The position numbers and the translations under genes were made by a program. A stretch of 64,000 nucleotides of DNA from the human T2T-CHM13v2.0 reference genome, Homo sapiens, in assembly GCF_009914755.1 (NCBI RefSeq), contig NC_060930.1. The stretch is one strand, 5' to 3'. Shown piece by piece: positions 58,430 through 64,000 of this stretch (positions within the stretch are counted from its first letter, which is position 1; each line of letters begins with the position of its first letter). The notes under the pieces were generated by a model. It was not told where the DNA came from. It searched no databases and worked only from the letters and a program-made list of their open reading frames with translations.

Positions 58430-59280
58430 TGAATGGTATATGATCTGTCGTAATCAGTAGCCACTTCCCTTCCCAATTTGTTACTCTACTAGATATTTGT
58501 TAATAGCAGAAGAGAAAGATTTTAAAAAATGGAGTTGGTTAATAAGAGAAGGGACAGAGCTGTACCTTGACAGGTCCCCCAGGACAAAATGTGGAGGTGG
58601 AAGCACAGGGAGGCAGCTGAACCCTTGGGTGAGTTTGAGAAATCAACAGTACAAAAAAAACCAATTTTCTCCTTTCTATCTTAATTTCTTATAGGATGGC
58701 AATCTCCTCAGAGTCCCTAGTATGGATGGAAGGAAAGAAAGGGCTACCTAGGGAGAAGTCCTGCTCCCTACATGGCCAAGAATAGCAGAGAAGTGACACT
58801 GAGCACTGACAAAAGCAAAGGTCTCATAGTAGGTACAAAGAGACATTGCAGTGGAACTTGGTGTCAACTGTCAGTGTAAGCACCGACAGAGGTACAGGGC
58901 CCCTGTGCAAACCACTAGAAAAAGAAGAATAAGATAAGATGATTAAATATCTTGGTATATTTAATACCAAGATATTTACCCAGAGCAGGCAAAGGGTACC
59001 CATAAACCAGATGCCCTATCCTTACCCATCAACACAGTTTTGCATGGCAGAATGTTTAAGGAGGGGAAAAAGGAAAGAAGAAATTCTAATTCTCTGAGTT
59101 AAATTAGAAATTACTAAGACAAATTTTAAAATGTTGGAATTTCCTCAGGCGATCATAGAGCAAGTGTTATTCCATCATATGAAATGAGAACTCACAGTAA
59201 CATTGTTTAGGCATAGGAAAACAAAAATTTATAATTTGCACATGAGGATACGCTGTGAAAATTATAGCCCAGTGCTTATA
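58430..59280 (+). mobile_element. Possible ancient Gypsy-type LTR (MamGypLTR-like)
   Basis: agctgaacccttgggtgagtttg...gaagtcctgctccctacatggc...tttgcacatgag, weakly resembling recalled MamGypLTR consensus. Confidence 0.4.
58944..58978. repeat. Perfect 15-bp inverted repeat with a 5-nt spacer
   Basis: taaatatcttggtat-attta-ataccaagatattta. Confidence 0.95.
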
Positions 59281-59341
59281 TGATGATAATAATGAATCTT
59301 ATTATTAGAAAAGTAAAACATTTTAACTATTTCAAAGCTTC

Positions 59342-59400
59342 CTCTCTCTTTCTATATATGTGTGTATATATGTATATGTGTGTATACACACACACACACA
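59342..59400. repeat. Compound microsatellite (CT)n(TA/TG)n(CA)n
   Basis: Read directly. Confidence 0.85.
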
Positions 59401-62230
59401 TTGTTTTATTTGCTGTTCCTGACAATATGGCAAGATAATTAAGGAAGAAAGTATTAAACTGTATCCTAGAGTATAATGTGGGGCTAACAAGTGATTTCCC
59501 AAAGGTCAATCTGTTAATCAGTGGGGCAAGACAGACCTAGAACCTTGATCTTTGACCGCAAGTCTGGTTTTTTACCAAAATGTCACCTGCATTTGAAAGC
59601 TTTAAAAAATCACTGGGCTAAATTTTAAAATAAATTGAGACATATGCCATCCCTAGAGGTAAATTACACTTCTGACTAACTCCAGGGGGACATGTCCTGG
59701 ACACAGCTGTTCCAAGGCAGGCTGGATCTGATTAATCACTGCCCAACCAGGCATTTAGATCTACTCATTCATGGACAAGCCCAAGAGCAGATGTAATATT
59801 TTACTCCTCTGGGTTTCCAAGGACAAAGGAGTGCACAGAAGAATTAATCAAACAAACCCACAATGAATTATTCATTTTAAATAATATATTGTACACACAT
59901 TAATAGAAAAGAATTAGCAAAAATTACATGTTGCAACAATATTAAACATCTTAAAAGTCTACAAATTCTAGCTATAGGTATATAACTAAGTGATGGGTTT
60001 ATTAAAATTGTCGCTATTCAGAAGTTCCGCAATTTCTCAAATGTTTGAGGGTCAGTGACTCTACGTGCCCAATTTCAGAATGAAATCCAGTTCTCTCAAG
60101 GTACAGTCCACTCTATCATCCCAAAGATCAACTCTCTTTCTCCCCAAGTAGAAGAATAAAAAGTGTATTGTTCCTGAAAGTTGTTAAGGAATCATACTCT
60201 AAGAAACAACTCAACCACCAAGAAGAAGTTAGATCTGTATAATCATAAAACCCATTTAGAATGCTTCCTAAGGAAGTAACTGGCTTTGTCAAAGTAGCTC
60301 GAAAATCCTTTTATGAGAGCTGGGGACTCCCTGAAGAAAAGGGAATTACAGAATCCAAGAAAGTTTGATGTGCTAAAATATTAAATGTCTAAGAGTTAAT
60401 TTACTCTTCCTTGGATGGTCCAAAGAGCCCCGGGCAAGGTTTTACTCTGTAACTCTCTTGTATCTGTGTTTCCTTGGCAGAGCAAGCACTCTCATGACTT
60501 CCATGGATAACTTTTTCTTTATATATGTTAATAATACAGTCGGGTTACATCTTATAGTCTTGGTTATTCTCTATGCTTCCATGTTCTGGTCTATCCAGCA
60601 TTAATTTTTCAAATAAACTGTCAGAAGGCAGTCATGTTTTTCATATTTCTAACATATGAGAAACACCTCATTGGAACCCCTACATTGACCAGGACACTAA
60701 AATACTAGTCAGAATTCTGTGTCCTTGGTTTTAGAGGCCATTGTGTAGAAGAAGAAACAAAATAACAAATAGTAATAATAAAAATGAGGCTAGTAACAAC
60801 AGCAATAGTAGTACTACATACATTTAGTTCTTAATAATTGACTAAAAATATTCACATATATTATCTCATTTAGGAGAAATAAAATACAACCATAAATCAA
60901 AGAACTACTTCGGACATTCAGGTGGGTCATAACAGTACATGCTGGTGAATCAGAGACAGAAAACAGCTGAAGACCTGGTCTTGTAACACACTAAACAAAA
61001 CCCTAACCTGTGATTCAGGAAAAGTGAAAACCACTAAGTCTAAAAGATCTGGTCTAAGTTCGTCTAGGGCACAAGACACAGTAACCAATGATGCACTTTT
61101 CAGTAATGGTTTAGACAAATTGAGTGCACAAGATTCCAAGTAAAAAGAATGGACTCATTTACCTATGGGTGGAGCATGATGCTAGGAAATCCATGGCAAA
61201 ATTACATGGGCATACATCAATTTGAAATGGTTTTGGCAACAGGTAGCAGACTAGGCCAAATGAACTGTGGCTTCTTCTATTATCTATTTAACTAGATAGT
61301 TTGCAGAAGTAGGCAGTCTGCAGATTCAGTCACTCAGTAATATCAGCAAGACTCCGGCTCTTTCTGCCTCTCTCATATTGGCTTGACATCTCGTGCTTTT
61401 ACCTTTCCACAGTGTGTTGGTCCTAGCTTCAAATACCATGTTAGTTCCAAGCAGGAAGGAAGTGATGGGGGAAGGCTTTCTCTTTGTAATTTGAGGATGA
61501 CGTTCCCCCAACACAGTTTGTTTGTCTCATTGGTCAGAATGAAGATGCATGGCCACCTCACAGCAACAACTAAAAATGGGGATTGAAATTATCATAACTG
61601 ATTTAAACTAATCATTATTCATCCCTTAGAGGAGAATATGGAAGAGTTGAGATCAGGATTGAAAAATAAAAGGACTTAAAGAGAATTCCTTTCTCCTTTC
61701 TTAAAACTAAAATTTTAAAACAGACTTTAGCATCCTCACCCCTCTTATTGCCTCCCTCCCCACACTCATCTCTTGTTATCCAGTGAAGTCCAGCATACTG
61801 GCCCTTAGAGAAATCATGTTTGAGAGAGGTGCTCATATTCTGCATAAATTTTAAAGGCAGAGAATTTCCTGAAGGATTAGATCTAGGGTATGAGCAAAAG
61901 AGAAGAGTTGAGGATAAGCCCAAGTTTGGGGCCTGGACAATAAAGCCAACAACCAATATGGGAAAAATTAGATGTGTAGACATTCATTTATCTCTCAACA
62001 TCTATACTCACAGAAACATGAAGATTGGTTTGTTTGATTTTTTTTCTGTATTAAAGTTCACAGGGCACCAGCCATCTGGGGGCTATACTAAAACCAAGGA
62101 CAGTGATGATCATTTGTAAATACTGTTGAGTGTTTATAAGCCAAGTTAGAGAAAAGAATAAATCATTTAGACAAGGTCTTAATTGATAATTAAATCGTAA
62201 AATTGATAATTGAGGAAAGAAGTGAGTGAA

Positions 62231-62530
62231 GGCCGGGCGTGGTGGCTCATGCCTGTAATCCCAGCACTTTGGGAGGCCAAGGCGGGCAGATCACGAGGTC
62301 AGGAGATTGAGATCATCCTGGCTAACATGGTGAAACCCCATCTCTACTAAAAATACAAAAAATTAGCCAGGCGTGGTCGTGGGCACCTGTAGTCCCAGCT
62401 ACTCAGGAGGGTGAGGTAGGAGAATTGTGTGAACCCGGGAGATATAGCTTGCAGTGAGCCGAGATCACGCCACTGCACTCCAGCCTGGGTGACAGAGCAA
62501 GACTCGGTTTCGAAAAAAAAAAAAAAAAAA
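62231..62530 (+). mobile_element. AluY
   Basis: Y diagnostics cctggctaacatgg, gtgaacccgggag, agcttgcagtgag; TSD aagtgagtgaa at 62220-62230 and 62531-62541. Confidence 0.95.
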
Positions 62531-64000
62531 AAGTGAGTGAAAATATTTAAACATTCTGGCAATTAGTGATCAAAAATAGAAAAATAAATAATAAATATAC
62601 TTTAACTTCTTCATAGTCCACAGTGCTGTGCCATAGCTCTGCCTTCATTATTTGTACTTTAAAGGGAGCTCTTTCAGGCATTTCTTCAAATCAAATCTAA
62701 GAACCAGGAAAACAACACCTTTTAAGACTTTAGTCTGATCTTCAACAATTGAGACATTTTTCCCACTATTGTTCTTTTGAAATAGTCTAATTTAATAAAA
62801 TCTAGGGAAGTTGAATTCTGAAGTCCATAGGGGAACAAGAGGGAAAGAATATTCTTTTATTCTTTCTCTGGTTTCCAGAAATCATACTGTACCTGTCAAG
62901 ATTCTCTGAATGAACAGCACCAAAAAGTGACTCCATAAAATCAGTAAAACATACAATGCTTAATACCTGTCAGAGACACCATCAATATATGAATATATTA
63001 CCATTTGATGAAGTTTCAACTGCCAGCTACTGAGATGACCGAGATAAATAGCCAGCATCATCTTAATCTTCAAAAGGTACTTGTTCCTACTGTCATGAAA
63101 AATTTCTTCTCTTATGTGATGGAGTTTACCCTGTAAATTAAATCTCTCAAGTAATGGAAGAAATAACCCATGACACTGGTGAGGGAAATTAAATTAGAGT
63201 CACTAATAGCAGGTCAGCACAGTCTGAGCAGAGGTAATGGAAGTGACCACATGAATGATAAGCAGGTCTTCGCAAGGCTGTGACAAGTGTCTCCCGGACA
63301 GTGTGACGAGCATTCATCTAGGTGGCAAGCAATTCATAGTCAAGACACTAACATGTTTATAGTGCAGCTCGCCCCCATCTATGCCAGAGTATGTCAACCT
63401 TTCTGAGGAGGATGTTCTAATTCCCTCGTGAAGGCCATTAGGAAAAGTTAAAAATGAGGTTCCCTGTTTCTGGGTAAATCAATTTCTCATCGCCTAGAAA
63501 CCTTTCTGGCCAGAGCAGATGACCTTTAGAGATAAGAAGAATCACAGAGCTATACTTAAATAACTTTATTTTTTTTAAGCATTAGAAGGAAACAAAAGGA
63601 AAATTGTGCTACAGTTCAACAGTCAGAAGGTGGCTAAAACAAATGGAGTTATTTTAGCTTTGTTGCTAAGGCTTGGGAGCACGGTAATGCCAATGACAAA
63701 ATAACCTATTGTGTGGGAAAGTTAAAATGGTACCTTGCACTTTATAGGTAGCCCTTCCGGACCTCAGCTGTGATTTACTTTCTAATGCTCAATCGGGATC
63801 ACTGAACTTTTGATATAAACATAATAAATAAGTAAGTAACACAGCTGCTGAAAATGGGGACAAGAGCAGGAAACGGGGATGTGGAACAGGGAAAGGAAGC
63901 TGTGAAGAATGACTTCTAGAAAATCACTAATAGTCTGATGGCTGCAACTTGACCTATTCTGTTAAAATATGTTTTACTATGATCTCAGATAATAAATGAT

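Overview
AT-rich, CpG-depleted primate genomic DNA. AluY copies indicate a catarrhine, human-like genome. The window looks intronic or intergenic. None of the supplied ORFs is a credible cellular protein; the recognisable ones are decayed L1 ORF2, Alu-derived or hAT transposase pieces. The window is a layered mosaic of interspersed repeats: Alu (J/S/Y, FLAM, truncated copies), L1 (L1PA, L1MA/MB, L1MC/MD, L1ME), L2, MIR, MaLR/ERVL/ERV1/Gypsy-like solo LTRs, and DNA transposons (MER3, MER5, MER63, MADE1, and a long Charlie2-like hAT fossil with readable transposase motifs). Several insertions are nested and keep visible target-site duplications (TSDs). The most unusual signal is a complex templated insertion at about 57.45-57.74 kb: a 143-bp copy of sequence 3.16 kb upstream, wrapped in three copies of a ~40-bp unit. 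Other notable features are template-switch-like scars, a perfect 15-bp inverted repeat, and weak hints of a minus-strand host transcript (candidate small exons plus repeat orientation bias). I found no convincing evidence of a new biological system. Subfamily names come from my recall of consensus sequences and need RepeatMasker/Dfam confirmation.
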